59,614 nucleotides of DNA from positions 1 through 59,614 of the forward strand of contig JAOZOY010000008.1 of the NCBI GenBank assembly GCA_029933005.1, given 5' to 3'. Source of the DNA: Deltaproteobacteria bacterium. Lineage in GTDB: Bacteria > Desulfobacterota > Desulfobulbia > Desulfobulbales > SURF-16. The notes beneath the pieces were generated by a model that worked only from the letters and a program-made list of their open reading frames with translations, was not told the origin of the DNA and made no database searches. Position numbers and translations under genes: made by a program. This document shows positions 38,332 to 49,967 of this stretch, one piece after another (position 1 is the stretch's first letter; the number at the start of each line of letters is the position of its first letter).

Positions 38332-39984
38332 TCAATTTTTTTCGAGTTCTTTATTCATATCTCCGCGGCCATGAGTGTCGAACCATTCGGTGCAATCATT
38401 GCCGCTGAGTGGCTTACTGTAATAATACCCTTGAATGATATCACAGCCAAGTGTTTTTAGATGGGTAACTGTTTCTTTCTCTTCTGCGCCTTCGGCAACG
38501 ACTTTGAGACCCATGTTATGGGCAAGATCAATGGTTGAACGGACAATCACCTCATCGTTTTCGTTTTTCAGCATGTCCTGGATAAAGGATTTGTCAATTT
38601 TTAATTCTGAGACTGGCAGTTTTTTTAGATAGGCCAGCGAGGAATACCCTGTCCCAAAGTCGTCAATGGATATGTTGATTCCCATTTCCGCCAACCGGGT
38701 GAGAATCTTCAGGGCTAGATCAGGATCTTTGATGATGGATCCCTCGGTGATCTCAAAGGTGATATAGCGAGCTGGTAAATTATAGGAGGCGAGCAGGCCG
38801 GTAATGACGTCCGGCAGATCCGCATCAAGGAGTGTTGAGGGACTCAGGTTGATGGCAACGCCTATCTTGAGTTGATCATTATGCCATTGTTCAGCCTGTA
38901 CCAGGGCCGCTTTTGCAACCCAGATAAAAAGTTGCTTGATCAGGCCGGTCCGCTCTGCCAGTGGAATAAAGTCGTCCGGCGGGATGAGTCCGTGTGTTTT
39001 GTGCTGCCAGCGCACCAGGGCCTCAACACCGCTGACGCAGTTATTTTTTAGGTCTATTTTCGGCTGGTAATGAAGAACAAGATAACCGTTTTCAATGGCC
39101 TGGCGTAATTCACTCATCAGGGTCAGACGTTTTGGACTGTGTTTGTCAAGCTTCCGAGAGTAGATTGCAAAGCCGTCATTGTTCTGCTTGGCAACATACA
39201 TGGCGACATCGGCCCGCTGCATGATTGTATCGACATCCTTACCATGCTCGGGAGAGATGGCAATGCCGATACTGGCCTGTACATCCAGATTCAAGTCGCC
39301 GACAATAAAGGGAGAATGGAAAGAGTTCTGAATTTTTTTAGCAACGATCTGCACATGGCTTCTTTTTTTGATCAAGGGAAGCAGAATGGCAAATTCGTCA
39401 CCGCCAAGACGGGCCAGGGTGTCTGATTCCCGCATTACGCCCTGGAGGCGTAGCGCAACATGTTTTAAAACCTGGTCGCCGCTGTGGTGTCCCAGAGTGT
39501 CATTAATTTCTTTAAAGTGGTCCAGATCAAGGATGAAAAAAGCAAGGTTTTTTTGTTCTCGGAGCGCGACATGAATTGCCTGATCCAGCCGATCCCGCAG
39601 AAGAACCCTATTCGGAAGATTGGTAAGGGAATCATGGGTGGCATCGTGCATAATCTGATATTCGAGAGCTGCGGTCTGATTGCGCAGTTCATGGGTCTGG
39701 TCGAGCACGATGGTGCTTGCCTGAAGTGCCATGGCGGAGCTGACATATTGGCCCCAGAATGCGAAGATGAAGGGCATGCCATCCAGAATCCACAGGGTAA
39801 AATTATTTTTTTGGGCTGTTATAATATTGCTAAAGTTGATATCGCCATAATGATATTGTGAGGATAACAAAGTCGCCAGGATGATGGCGCTGATGGCAAT
39901 TGATGTCCCATAAATTGCATGTTTTGTCACATGGGACTTCATGATTGAAACATTATTGATAAATGTCTGGCCCAGTCTTTCCAT
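38332..39984 (-). CDS. Membrane-anchored diguanylate cyclase/phosphodiesterase (GGDEF-EAL)
   Basis: HDSLTNLPNR, DLDHFKEINDTLGH, RLGGDEF, EALVRW, DDFGTGYSSL, KIDKSF; probable start MERLGQ. Confidence 0.93.
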   Translation of the reverse strand: MERLGQTFINNVSIMKSHVTKHAIYGTSIAISAIILATLLSSQYHYGDINFSNIITAQKNNFTLWILDGMPFIFAFWGQYVSSAMALQASTIVLDQTHELRNQTAALEYQIMHDATHDSLTNLPNRVLLRDRLDQAIHVALREQKNLAFFILDLDHFKEINDTLGHHSGDQVLKHVALRLQGVMRESDTLARLGGDEFAILLPLIKKRSHVQIVAKKIQNSFHSPFIVGDLNLDVQASIGIAISPEHGKDVDTIMQRADVAMYVAKQNNDGFAIYSRKLDKHSPKRLTLMSELRQAIENGYLVLHYQPKIDLKNNCVSGVEALVRWQHKTHGLIPPDDFIPLAERTGLIKQLFIWVAKAALVQAEQWHNDQLKIGVAINLSPSTLLDADLPDVITGLLASYNLPARYITFEITEGSIIKDPDLALKILTRLAEMGINISIDDFGTGYSSLAYLKKLPVSELKIDKSFIQDMLKNENDEVIVRSTIDLAHNMGLKVVAEGAEEKETVTHLKTLGCDIIQGYYYSKPLSGNDCTEWFDTHGRGDMNKELEKN

Positions 39985-40080
39985 GGTCGCTTCCGAGGGA
40001 ATTTTTTTCAGGGAGAAAAAGGTTTGTCTAAAAATTATCGGGAAAAAGGGAGGAATTGTCAAATAAAGTTTTTATTGGTC

Positions 40081-40866
40081 TTACCTGGCAACCACAAAGC
40101 CGTCTGGATATCCACCATCGACCATGATTTTTTCCATCTGGTGGGCAGCGCTCAAGGTTGTGCCGCCCCAGACCTGCACACGGTAAAAAACAGCATCACC
40201 GCGGTCATAGCGTTGGACAACACATTTTCTGCCGCTGTTCATTATTTTTTTTTGAAGTCCGTCGGCATTGGCAACAACCGTGAATGAGCCGATCTGGATG
40301 TAAAAATTCCCTGACTGAAAATCCGCGTGGGGCAGGAATCGTTCAATTTTTTTATTCCCTTGCTGATACGTCATTGCTTCACCCAAAGCAGTGATCCTCA
40401 CCCTGGCCGTGCCGGTTTTAACAACATCGAGTTTTTGCGCTGCCCTGTAACTGAGATCGATGATCCTGCCTTTGACAAAGGGGCCGCGGTCATTGACCCT
40501 GAGAACCATTTCCCGGTTGTTTTCCAGGTTTTTAACCAGCAGCATAGTATTCATGGGCAGGGTTTTGTGGGCAACTGACCGGTCGTACATATTATACGTT
40601 TCGCCGTTTGAGGTCTTGCGGCCATGGAATGGACGACCATACCAGGAAGCCAGTCCTGTTTCCTGGAAACCGTGGGATGAGGGCAGGGGGTAATAGGTCT
40701 TGCCTTTAATTTTATATGGGCGCTGGGTTCCCGGCACCCGGGCTTTAGATGGAATTTTTTTGGCGGACGTAATTCCTCGTTTGGGCGGCGTACTGACGGT
40801 TTTTTGGCCGGCGCAACCGCAGAAAAGAAAGATGAAAACGGCAAAGAGATAGATATATTTTTTCAT
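40081..40866 (-). CDS. rlpA: Septal ring lytic transglycosylase RlpA (lipoprotein, SPOR domain)
   Basis: Lipobox-like LFCGC, ASWYG, AHKTLP, RVNDRGPF, RIIDLS, C-terminal IQIGSF. Confidence 0.92.
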   Translation of the reverse strand: MKKYIYLFAVFIFLFCGCAGQKTVSTPPKRGITSAKKIPSKARVPGTQRPYKIKGKTYYPLPSSHGFQETGLASWYGRPFHGRKTSNGETYNMYDRSVAHKTLPMNTMLLVKNLENNREMVLRVNDRGPFVKGRIIDLSYRAAQKLDVVKTGTARVRITALGEAMTYQQGNKKIERFLPHADFQSGNFYIQIGSFTVVANADGLQKKIMNSGRKCVVQRYDRGDAVFYRVQVWGGTTLSAAHQMEKIMVDGGYPDGFVVAR

Positions 40867-42392
40867 TATATTTTTTTGCTTCCTTTAATGTCTTTATCTT
40901 CCAGCATTAAATTATACGGTTTTTTCATCAGACGGTAGTTTTCTTTTAAACGGAGGGGATAAAAGGCGCCGGCCCTGCCGGTGGTATGGGGAGTGTAGGG
41001 CAGCAGGCCATAAGGTTTTGCTTTTTCGGGAGACACTGAGTCGAAGATGACCTTTTCGTTTTTATCAACAAACGTGAGGTGGAGATCGAGAATGGGCCGG
41101 CAGATATGTAAACGATGATCCCGGCCCCGGCAGACAAGGGGAAATTCCCAGCGCCGTTGTTCGTACCCCTTCAACCAGATTCCCAGCCTGGCGGTGGATG
41201 TGATTTTGTCCCGCATGAATGGTACGGGATATTCTCCATCACTGTACAGATTGGTTTCAAGCTGATCTTCAACCTCAAAGCAACCCTGGACGGTGAGTGC
41301 GCCCCAGGGATCATAATTTTCAGCATCCTGGCGCAGGAGATGAGTTCCCTGGTCGGTAAAGCCCCATTGGGCATGACAGACCGAGCAGTGCACATTTTGA
41401 CCGTGGAGTTTATGGGCCGGGTGGCTGAGCTGCGGCACCTGTATTTTTCGGCCATCCTTTGTCAGGATCAAAATAAGTGAGGCGCCGGTTTTATGGAGAT
41501 TATCCGGGAGCGGTTTTTCTTTGCCCGCCAGATGGCAGCTTTCACAGCTGATTTGAGTTTTTGCTTTTGTCATCAGTTCACGGCCGGAGTGACAATCAAT
41601 GCAGAGCAGGCCGCCCGCCTGGTGAATATCCGGGGAAAGTTGGTGGAATTCAAGGCCGTAGGGCCTGGGAGGAGCGCTTTGAGTCGTGTAGGGTGTCCGG
41701 TAGTCCCAGTGAAAGTCATGCTCGAAGCGGCCATAATAGTCAGCGCCGACAAAGTTGCCGTAATGACAATGGAGACACTGTTCATCCCCAGGTGATTTGC
41801 TGAATTGATGGTTTGCCGGACGTCCTTTTTGAAATGAAAGATGACAGGCCGCGCATCCCGTGGCATGGCCGGTTTCAGGATAAGGATCGCCGGAAAAATA
41901 GAGATGGCAGCGCAAACAGCGGCGGCGAAGCAGATCATCGGCCAGGGCGAGGGGGGAATCGATTATGTCATGAACCGGGATTTCCGTAAGAGAGAGAAGT
42001 TCCTGATTCGCGCCAAAAGCTTGTCGGACAATATTGACTTCATTTTTGAGAGTAAAATGAAGGGAGTGGCTTGCCTTTTCAACCTTGTCCGCATGACATC
42101 TGCCGCAGGTTTTGGCCATGACGTCCGGGTGGGCCGGCCTGGCGATCAATCCTTCATGGGCCTCCTCTTTAGACAAGACCCCGGTTTTTCCAGCATGGCA
42201 GTCCCGGCAGACGAAATTATGATTTTTGTCCAGGGTGAAATTGTGGCAGTTCCGGCAAGTGTAGATCGTTTTCTGTTTTGTTTCCTCCAGCACCACGCCG
42301 GTGTCCCTGTTCTGCTCATCCGGGCCGCAGGCAACAATGGAGAAGGCTATCAACAGAAAAAGGATAAAGTCTGAACATCTATAGTTTATCAT
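40866..42392 (-). CDS. Multiheme (9 CxxCH) c-type cytochrome lipoprotein
   Basis: CRNCH, CRDCH, CGRCH, CLRCH, CAACH, CLHCH, CIDCH, CESCH, CSVCH; signal peptide ending IVAC. Confidence 0.88.
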   Translation of the reverse strand: MINYRCSDFILFLLIAFSIVACGPDEQNRDTGVVLEETKQKTIYTCRNCHNFTLDKNHNFVCRDCHAGKTGVLSKEEAHEGLIARPAHPDVMAKTCGRCHADKVEKASHSLHFTLKNEVNIVRQAFGANQELLSLTEIPVHDIIDSPLALADDLLRRRCLRCHLYFSGDPYPETGHATGCAACHLSFQKGRPANHQFSKSPGDEQCLHCHYGNFVGADYYGRFEHDFHWDYRTPYTTQSAPPRPYGLEFHQLSPDIHQAGGLLCIDCHSGRELMTKAKTQISCESCHLAGKEKPLPDNLHKTGASLILILTKDGRKIQVPQLSHPAHKLHGQNVHCSVCHAQWGFTDQGTHLLRQDAENYDPWGALTVQGCFEVEDQLETNLYSDGEYPVPFMRDKITSTARLGIWLKGYEQRRWEFPLVCRGRDHRLHICRPILDLHLTFVDKNEKVIFDSVSPEKAKPYGLLPYTPHTTGRAGAFYPLRLKENYRLMKKPYNLMLEDKDIKGSKKI

Positions 42393-42507
42393 CCCCTTTG
42401 TCCCTCTGTTCTTATGCCCCTAATCTTTTTCCTACTCTACTTTCTTAGTAACGGTCATCCCGGCAAATCGGCACAACCGATAAGCGAATGAAATAAAACA
42501 TCGAGAA

Positions 42508-42579
42508 ATGAAAGTTAATCTCTCGCAGAGACGCAGAGAAAAACTCCGTGAACTCTGTGCCTCTGTGAGAGACTTTCAT
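42508..42579. repeat. CACAGAG/CTCTGTG hairpin repeat
   Basis: atgaaagt..tctctcgcagagacgcagag...ctctgtgcctctgtgagagactttcat. Confidence 0.8.
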
Positions 42580-42650
42580 ATAAATAAAATTTTGAGGACT
42601 AATCATAAATATCGTAAAAAAAGCACGATAAACACAAAGACTTCGCATAC

Positions 42651-42681
42651 GTCATTCCGGCTGAGACCATGCCGGAATGAC
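42651..42681. repeat. Short REP-like palindrome
   Basis: gtcattccggc-tgagaccat-gccggaatgac. Confidence 0.6.
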
Positions 42682-42745
42682 AATATAATTCTTTTGTTAC
42701 TTTTAAAATAGATGCCGGGTTCAGTTCCCCGGTTGTCTTTGCTGA

Positions 42746-44490
<1,745 letters not shown>

Positions 44491-44491
<1 letters not shown>

Positions 44492-45342
44492 TGGATATTG
44501 TTGAGATCAATGGCAGGTTTCAGATTGGTGCCGGACATCCCCTGCTGCTTATTGCCGGCCCCTGTGTGCTGGAATCGGCCGAAATTGCCAGGGAAATCGC
44601 AGCAGGTTTAAAAGAGATCACCAGCCGTCTTAACATTCCCTTTGTCTTTAAGGCCTCTTTTGACAAGGCCAACCGTACCTCCCTGAACTCGTTTCGCGGT
44701 CCCGGTTTAAAAGATGGCCTGGCCATGCTTGGCGAGATTCGGGAAGAATTCGATATTCCGGTGATTTCAGATATCCATGAAACAGCGCAGGTCGCTCCGG
44801 CGGCCGAGGTTTTGGATATTCTCCAGATTCCCGCCTTTCTCTGCCGTCAGACCGATCTGCTCGTTGCTGCCGCGAGCACTGGCAAGCCGGTCAGTATTAA
44901 AAAAGGCCAGTTCCTGTCGCCCTGGGACATGGAGCATGTTGTGGCCAAGGCCAAGGCTTTGGGCAATCGGCAAATCCTGCTCACCGAGCGGGGCGCGTCA
45001 TTTGGTTATAATAATCTGGTGGTGGATATGCGTTCTCTGCCGGTGATGCGGTCTCTGGGATGTCCGGTCATTTATGATGCCACCCACAGTATTCAGCTTC
45101 CCGGCGGCGCCGGAGGAAGCTCGGGCGGTCAGCGCGAGTTTATTCCACCTTTAACCAGGGCTGCCGTGGCTGCCGGTATTGACGGTCTTTTCATGGAAGT
45201 GCATCCGGATCCGGATAAGGCGCTTTGTGACGGTCCCAACTCCATGCCCCTTGATCAGGTGGAATCTCTGCTCGCCACCCTTTTACGGATTCATGAAATC
45301 ACCGCATCGGAACCTTTGCTGGGAGAGAATTGTGCCAGATAA
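44491..45342 (+). CDS. kdsA: KDO 8-phosphate synthase
   Basis: IAGPCVLES, KASFDKANRTS, QIPAFLCRQTDL, DATHS, EVHPDP. Confidence 0.96.
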
Positions 45343-45958
45343 CGGTTGTGCCTATCCCTCCGATTGCGAGTTGACCCAGGCCCTGTTGAAAAAAGCCGCT
45401 TCCCGCCGACAACCCGAGGAAAGAGGCTATGTCTGGAAATCCTGCCTGCCCAGGGCCAAGCTTGTGAAACTTCTTCTGCTTGATGTGGACGGAGTTCTCA
45501 CTGACGGCTCGCTTTCCTACACCCACGACGGCCGGGAGATCAAGACCTTTCATTCCCGTGATGGGCTCGGCTTGAATCTGCTTCGGGAGGCGGGTGTTGA
45601 AGTCGGATTGATTACGGCTAGAACGTCGGAGGCCCTGGCAAAACGAGCCCGTGATCTTTCCATTCCTCATGTCTATCAGGGAAAGCGCGATAAAATAGAG
45701 GTCTACCGGGAGATCCTGGCAAAGCTCAATCTGCAGGATTATGAAGTCGCCTATATGGGCGATGACTGGCTTGATCTGCCCCTTCTTGTCCGGGTTGGTT
45801 TTTCTGCCTCCGTGGCGGATGGTGCGCCTGAAGTCAGGGAGGTGGTTCATTACATCTCGAAAAGAAACGGCGGCAAGGGCGCCGTGCGCGAGGTTTGTGA
45901 TTTGATTATTGATGCCAAGGGGTTGACTCAGTCTCTGCTGGCAAACTATTTGAAATAA
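45332..45958 (+). CDS. kdsC: KDO 8-phosphate phosphatase (HAD) with N-terminal extension
   Basis: LLDVDGVLTDG, YMGDDWLD, GGKGAVREV; GTG at 45332 with GGGAGA RBS. Confidence 0.9.
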   Translation: MPDNGCAYPSDCELTQALLKKAASRRQPEERGYVWKSCLPRAKLVKLLLLDVDGVLTDGSLSYTHDGREIKTFHSRDGLGLNLLREAGVEVGLITARTSEALAKRARDLSIPHVYQGKRDKIEVYREILAKLNLQDYEVAYMGDDWLDLPLLVRVGFSASVADGAPEVREVVHYISKRNGGKGAVREVCDLIIDAKGLTQSLLANYLK

Positions 45959-45960
45959 TG

Positions 45961-46160
45961 GTAACTATTCAGGAGTATCCCCTCTTGTTCCATTTCGTAG
46001 TCTCGCTTACCTGGACTTCTCGAATAGCACAAGTGCGGAGTCTCCACTTTGCTACGCTTACCGTTCGAAGGCCAGGTAAGCGTAGACTCCGATATGGAGC
46101 ATTCCTGAACAGTTACATAACAGTGGTTAGGCCAATTTTGTGGCCCACCTGAATAGTTAC
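45961..46160. mobile_element. Non-autonomous GTAA-end element, subfamily A
   Basis: Perfect 13-bp TIR gtaactattcagg / cctgaatagttac; internal ctgaacagttac ending 46116; 8-bp TSD aaataatg (45953-45960, 46161-46168). Confidence 0.9.
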
Positions 46161-46165
46161 AAATA

Positions 46166-46726
46166 ATGTTGGAATCAAGAAACACGGTCTGGCTCCTTCC
46201 TCTTGTTTTTATTATGGCCTCGCCTCTCTGGTGGACTCCGGTGACGAAGTTTCTTACGCCGAGATACGATTTCTCCTCTCTGGATCAGGCTATGCCCCCA
46301 GCCAGTACTTTTTTGATGAAAGATGTTTTTCTGACCCGGTTTACGGATGGGAAGAAAGAGCTGATTATTAAGGCCGAGCGCGTCCGATCGGAAAAAGTAG
46401 ATGGTGATCTGCGCATGGACAAGGTGGAGGCCTCCTTTTTTGATGACAATAATCAGGTTGAGGGACGAATCAGAGGGGAAAAAGGATTTTATGAACAAAA
46501 AAAAGAGATTCTTACCTTGGAGAATCAAGTTTTCGTGTTTTTGAAAAATGGCTGGACCATGGAAAGCGAGTCCCTGCGCTATTTACTCAAAAAACAGAAA
46601 GTCGAGACAGAAGCGGCTGTTCTGATCAGCAGTGACGGTATACAGGTACGCGGCATGGGAATGAAATATGATCTGGCTTCAGGCGCCTTTCAGGTCGGCG
46701 GCAGGGTTGTCTGTGATCTTCGTTGA
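46166..46726 (+). CDS. lptC: LPS export protein LptC
   Basis: N-terminal TM followed by beta-jellyroll-like pattern (ESLRY...VETE..V.I, V.G.GM.YDL); position after kdsA-kdsC. Confidence 0.8.
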   Translation: MLESRNTVWLLPLVFIMASPLWWTPVTKFLTPRYDFSSLDQAMPPASTFLMKDVFLTRFTDGKKELIIKAERVRSEKVDGDLRMDKVEASFFDDNNQVEGRIRGEKGFYEQKKEILTLENQVFVFLKNGWTMESESLRYLLKKQKVETEAAVLISSDGIQVRGMGMKYDLASGAFQVGGRVVCDLR

Positions 46727-46729
46727 AGG

Positions 46730-46881
46730 GTAATCGTTCACCAGCACCTCATCTTCGCCCGTTTGAGCCTTGGCGCATAGAGGGGCTATAGCGACAAGGC
46801 TCAAACGAACAAATCTGAGGCACTGGTAAACGATTACAGGCCGAGGTTTTTGTAATTTTGTAGACCCCGGAGAACGGTTTC
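46730..46881. mobile_element. Non-autonomous GTAA-end element, subfamily B
   Basis: gtaatcgttcac...[~108-nt hairpin]...gtaaacgattac (46837), then gagaacggtttc (46881); flanks gttgaagg / gatgaagg (7/8). Confidence 0.85.
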
Positions 46882-46917
46882 GATGAAGGAGTAAGGTATA
46901 AGGCTGAAGGGGCGAAT

Positions 46918-47715
46918 TCATACGGACTTTAGCAGCTTCGCGCCATTTTCTCCCAGTATCCTTTTTTCCAGTTCATCGCCAAGGTTGAGATTCCTTACCT
47001 GGGCAATCGCCTCTTGCTGGTCAGCCCAGGGCGTATCACTGCCAAAGAGAATTTTATCCCCTGGATGTCCAAGTATAATTTCTCTGGCCTCGTCCGCCGT
47101 CATAAATTCCAGACAAAACGCGAGATCCAGATAAACGTTTTTACCGACAAGAAACTCCCGAACCTCGTCCCAGAGTTGCCAGCCTCCCATATGGGCAGCA
47201 ATGAATTTTAGATCAGGAAAAGCTTTGATCACCTTTGCCGTGCGGACAGGATCGGCAATACGGCTTCCGGGAAAGCCGATGTCAAAACCGGAATGCATGA
47301 GGAGGATCAGGCCGAGATCGGCTATTTTTTCATAGGCCGGAAAGAGACGTTCTTCGTCAATGGCGAATTTTTGGTAATAGGGGTGGAGCTTGATGCCCTT
47401 AAACCCTTCATCCTTTATTTTTTCAATGCAGGAGAGCATGTCAGGATTTTCTGGATGAAATGAGAGAAAGGGTTCAATACGCTCGGAGCGAATTTTTTTT
47501 GACCAGGCCAGAATGGCATCAAACTGGGCCGGTCTGGTGGCAACGGAAGCAACCACGCTCTTGTTGATTTTTGCTCTATCCATTGAGTGGAGCAGAGATG
47601 TGATGGTGCCGTCCAGAACAGCCGTTATATCCGCTTTTTCGGCCAGGATCGGCACGGATTTTACTGCAAGCTGGTCCGGAAAGGCATGGGCGTGGAAGTC
47701 AATGATTTGGGGCAT
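46918..47715 (-). CDS. Amidohydrolase family protein
   Basis: IIDFHAH, GIKLHP, LMHSG, AAHMGG, LFGSDTPW. Confidence 0.9.
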   Translation of the reverse strand: MPQIIDFHAHAFPDQLAVKSVPILAEKADITAVLDGTITSLLHSMDRAKINKSVVASVATRPAQFDAILAWSKKIRSERIEPFLSFHPENPDMLSCIEKIKDEGFKGIKLHPYYQKFAIDEERLFPAYEKIADLGLILLMHSGFDIGFPGSRIADPVRTAKVIKAFPDLKFIAAHMGGWQLWDEVREFLVGKNVYLDLAFCLEFMTADEAREIILGHPGDKILFGSDTPWADQQEAIAQVRNLNLGDELEKRILGENGAKLLKSV

Positions 47716-47828
47716 AATTTTTTGGAGGGGCAAAGGTTCAGAGGGACAAAGGCACTGCGTTTTTCCAAGATCGTGCTTGAAAAAAAGACATTATGCAACA
47801 TATCATAATTTAAAGATAAAACATATCA

Positions 47829-47897
47829 ATTTGGATTTAGGATTTCGGGTTGCGGAAGATTACATGATTCGAAATCCGCATTCCAAAATCTGGAATC
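47829..47897. repeat. Inverted array of degenerate heptamers
   Basis: atttgg atttagg atttcgg gttgcgg ... ttcgaaa tccgcat tccaaaa tctggaa. Confidence 0.55.
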
Positions 47898-47921
47898 AAA
47901 CGAATGTCCAGCGGAGGAAAA

Positions 47922-48662
47922 ATGAATTCCAAGGAAATTCCTTTAAATGAAAGGATTATTCTGGCTCTTGATGTTGAAAAACCGGAAATCGCTAAAGAGT
48001 GGGTGAAAAAGACGGAATCTTCGCTGGGATTTTACAAGGTGGGTCTGCAGCTCTTTCTGGCCGGCTGGTTTGATATTGTTGACTGGATAATTGATCGCGG
48101 CCATAAGGTCATGGTGGATTTGAAATTTTTTGATATCCCTGAAACCGTTAAACTGGCCATGACCCAGCTGAACGACCGGGGTGTCAGTTTTGCCACGGTT
48201 CATGGCAATGATCCGATTATCAGGGCCTCCCTGGCTGCCAGGGATGGTGGAGACGCGGGTCTCAAGGTTCTGGCTGTTACGGTGTTGACCAGTTTTGGCG
48301 AAGAGGATTTGCGGGCCATGGGAATGACTCAGACGATTGAGGATCTGGTCTTTTTTCGGGCAAAAAGGGCACTTGAGCTGGGTTGTGACGGAGTGGTCTC
48401 CTCGGGACTTGAGGCGGCGCGGCTTCGGCAGCATCTTGGGAAGAAGTTGTTGATTGTCACTCCGGGCATCCGTCCCGGCGCAAATGTCCGTAATAATGAT
48501 GATGATCAGACACGGATTATGACAGCAGAGAAGGCCATTGTAAACGGCGCGGATTATGTGGTGGTGGGACGACCCATTACCAGGGCGGATGAGCCCCTGC
48601 GGGTTATTGGGGAGATGCAGGATGAGATCGACATGGGGCTGGAGAAGAGGTCTCCCAGTTGA
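47922..48662 (+). CDS. pyrF: Orotidine-5'-phosphate decarboxylase
   Basis: ILALD, YKVG, DLKFFDIPET, VTVLTS, TPGIRP, VVGRPI; GGAGG RBS. Confidence 0.96.
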   Translation: MNSKEIPLNERIILALDVEKPEIAKEWVKKTESSLGFYKVGLQLFLAGWFDIVDWIIDRGHKVMVDLKFFDIPETVKLAMTQLNDRGVSFATVHGNDPIIRASLAARDGGDAGLKVLAVTVLTSFGEEDLRAMGMTQTIEDLVFFRAKRALELGCDGVVSSGLEAARLRQHLGKKLLIVTPGIRPGANVRNNDDDQTRIMTAEKAIVNGADYVVVGRPITRADEPLRVIGEMQDEIDMGLEKRSPS

Positions 48663-48663
48663 A

Positions 48664-48718
48664 GTAACCGTTCACCGGGCTACCGATATACGAAAACATC
48701 AGTTCTGTAAGTGGTTAC
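48664..48718. mobile_element. Minimal 55-bp GTAA-end element, subfamily B (no cargo)
   Basis: gtaaccgttcac...gtaagtggttac; 8-bp TSD cagttgaa (48656-48663, 48719-48726); reverse complement aligns with 37655-37710. Confidence 0.85.
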
Positions 48719-49170
48719 CAGTTGAAGAGGTAGCAGATAAGCTGCAAAACCATGAGACTGTAGATGCCGGCCACCACATCATCCAGAACAATGCCGGTGC
48801 CGCCATGCAGTCTTTTATCGACCCAGCCAGCGGGAAAGGGTTTGACGATATCAAAGAAGCGGAAAATGAGAAATCCCAGCAGCCAGATCAGAATGTGATT
48901 CGGCGCGTGAATCAGGGTAATGAGCATACCGATGATTTCATCAATGACAATGACGCCCGGATCCTGACGGTCAATAATCTTTTCGGCGCTGCCGGCCGTT
49001 ATAATGGCGATGACAAATAGAAGACCAAGAGCGCTGAAATAAGAATTGGTTGACAGGCGAACAAGAAGAAAATGGATGGGCAGGGCAGCCAGGGAACCCC
49101 AGGTACCCGGAGCTTTGGGCAGGTAGCCGGTGTAAAAACCGCTGGCTATTGCCATGATGATTTTATCCAT
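48715..49170 (-). CDS. pgpA: Phosphatidylglycerophosphatase A
   Basis: APGTWGSL, DPGVIVIDEIIG, FRFFDIVKPFP, LDDVVAG. Confidence 0.95.
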   Translation of the reverse strand: MDKIIMAIASGFYTGYLPKAPGTWGSLAALPIHFLLVRLSTNSYFSALGLLFVIAIITAGSAEKIIDRQDPGVIVIDEIIGMLITLIHAPNHILIWLLGFLIFRFFDIVKPFPAGWVDKRLHGGTGIVLDDVVAGIYSLMVLQLICYLFNW

Positions 49171-49178
49171 GCGAGCCC

Positions 49179-49967
49179 TTAGTTCCGAAAAGAGTTATTA
49201 AAAAGAAAATTTTTCACGGCTTCCCAGTATTTTTTATGCTCCGGAGTGCTTTGCCAGAGGGCCTGGGAGCCATGGATGCCGAAAGTTTCCGGCAGGAAAA
49301 ATTCTTTTTGCCGGGATGGAATGGCTTGAAAAATGAGCCACCAGCGTTCTTTTTCCGGTTGGGCTGATGTGATGAACACCGGACAATGAATCATATTCAC
49401 ATGATCAGCCACGTATGTCTCGCTTCGGCCCAGCTTGGCAAAGTACTCTCCCGGCGCAAAGGCCAGAATCCCATTTACCTCGGCAGAATGGTTGTTTGCC
49501 AGCACAAGGACGAGGGAGGCAGAATAGGAACTGCCCCAGAGAAGTAATTTTCCCTGAGACAGATTTTTCCGGGTGTAGATGAAGGCCGCTTCCATGTCCT
49601 GAAAGGCATCAAGGTAGGTGGTGGGCAGCCCTTTTTTTTCGGCCTGTTCGGCAGTTTTATTGGTTATGTTTTTTACGCCATTTCCTGAGCGCTGGTCAAT
49701 GGCCAGACAGTTAAAGCCCAGTTCGTTTAATTTCGGGGCAATTTCACGGTATTCCCCCCGGCTCCAGCCGGCCCGGTGAAAGAGAAGGAGAAAAGGCGCT
49801 GTCTCCGGATGGGGTTGGTAAAGATCCGCCGTGATCAACAGACCGTCTTCAGAGGGAAAGGTGATGGTCTCAAACGCAAGTCCTGTTCCAGGATGAATAA
49901 AGAGGAGAGAGAGGACCAGGATGATGACGGAAAGGTGTGTTTTACCTGGTTGATTTTGTCGCATCAT
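49179..49967 (-). CDS. Exported alpha/beta hydrolase
   Basis: Signal peptide, LLFHRAG, AIDQR, WGSSYSA nucleophile elbow, HGS. Confidence 0.8.
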   Translation of the reverse strand: MMRQNQPGKTHLSVIILVLSLLFIHPGTGLAFETITFPSEDGLLITADLYQPHPETAPFLLLFHRAGWSRGEYREIAPKLNELGFNCLAIDQRSGNGVKNITNKTAEQAEKKGLPTTYLDAFQDMEAAFIYTRKNLSQGKLLLWGSSYSASLVLVLANNHSAEVNGILAFAPGEYFAKLGRSETYVADHVNMIHCPVFITSAQPEKERWWLIFQAIPSRQKEFFLPETFGIHGSQALWQSTPEHKKYWEAVKNFLFNNSFRN

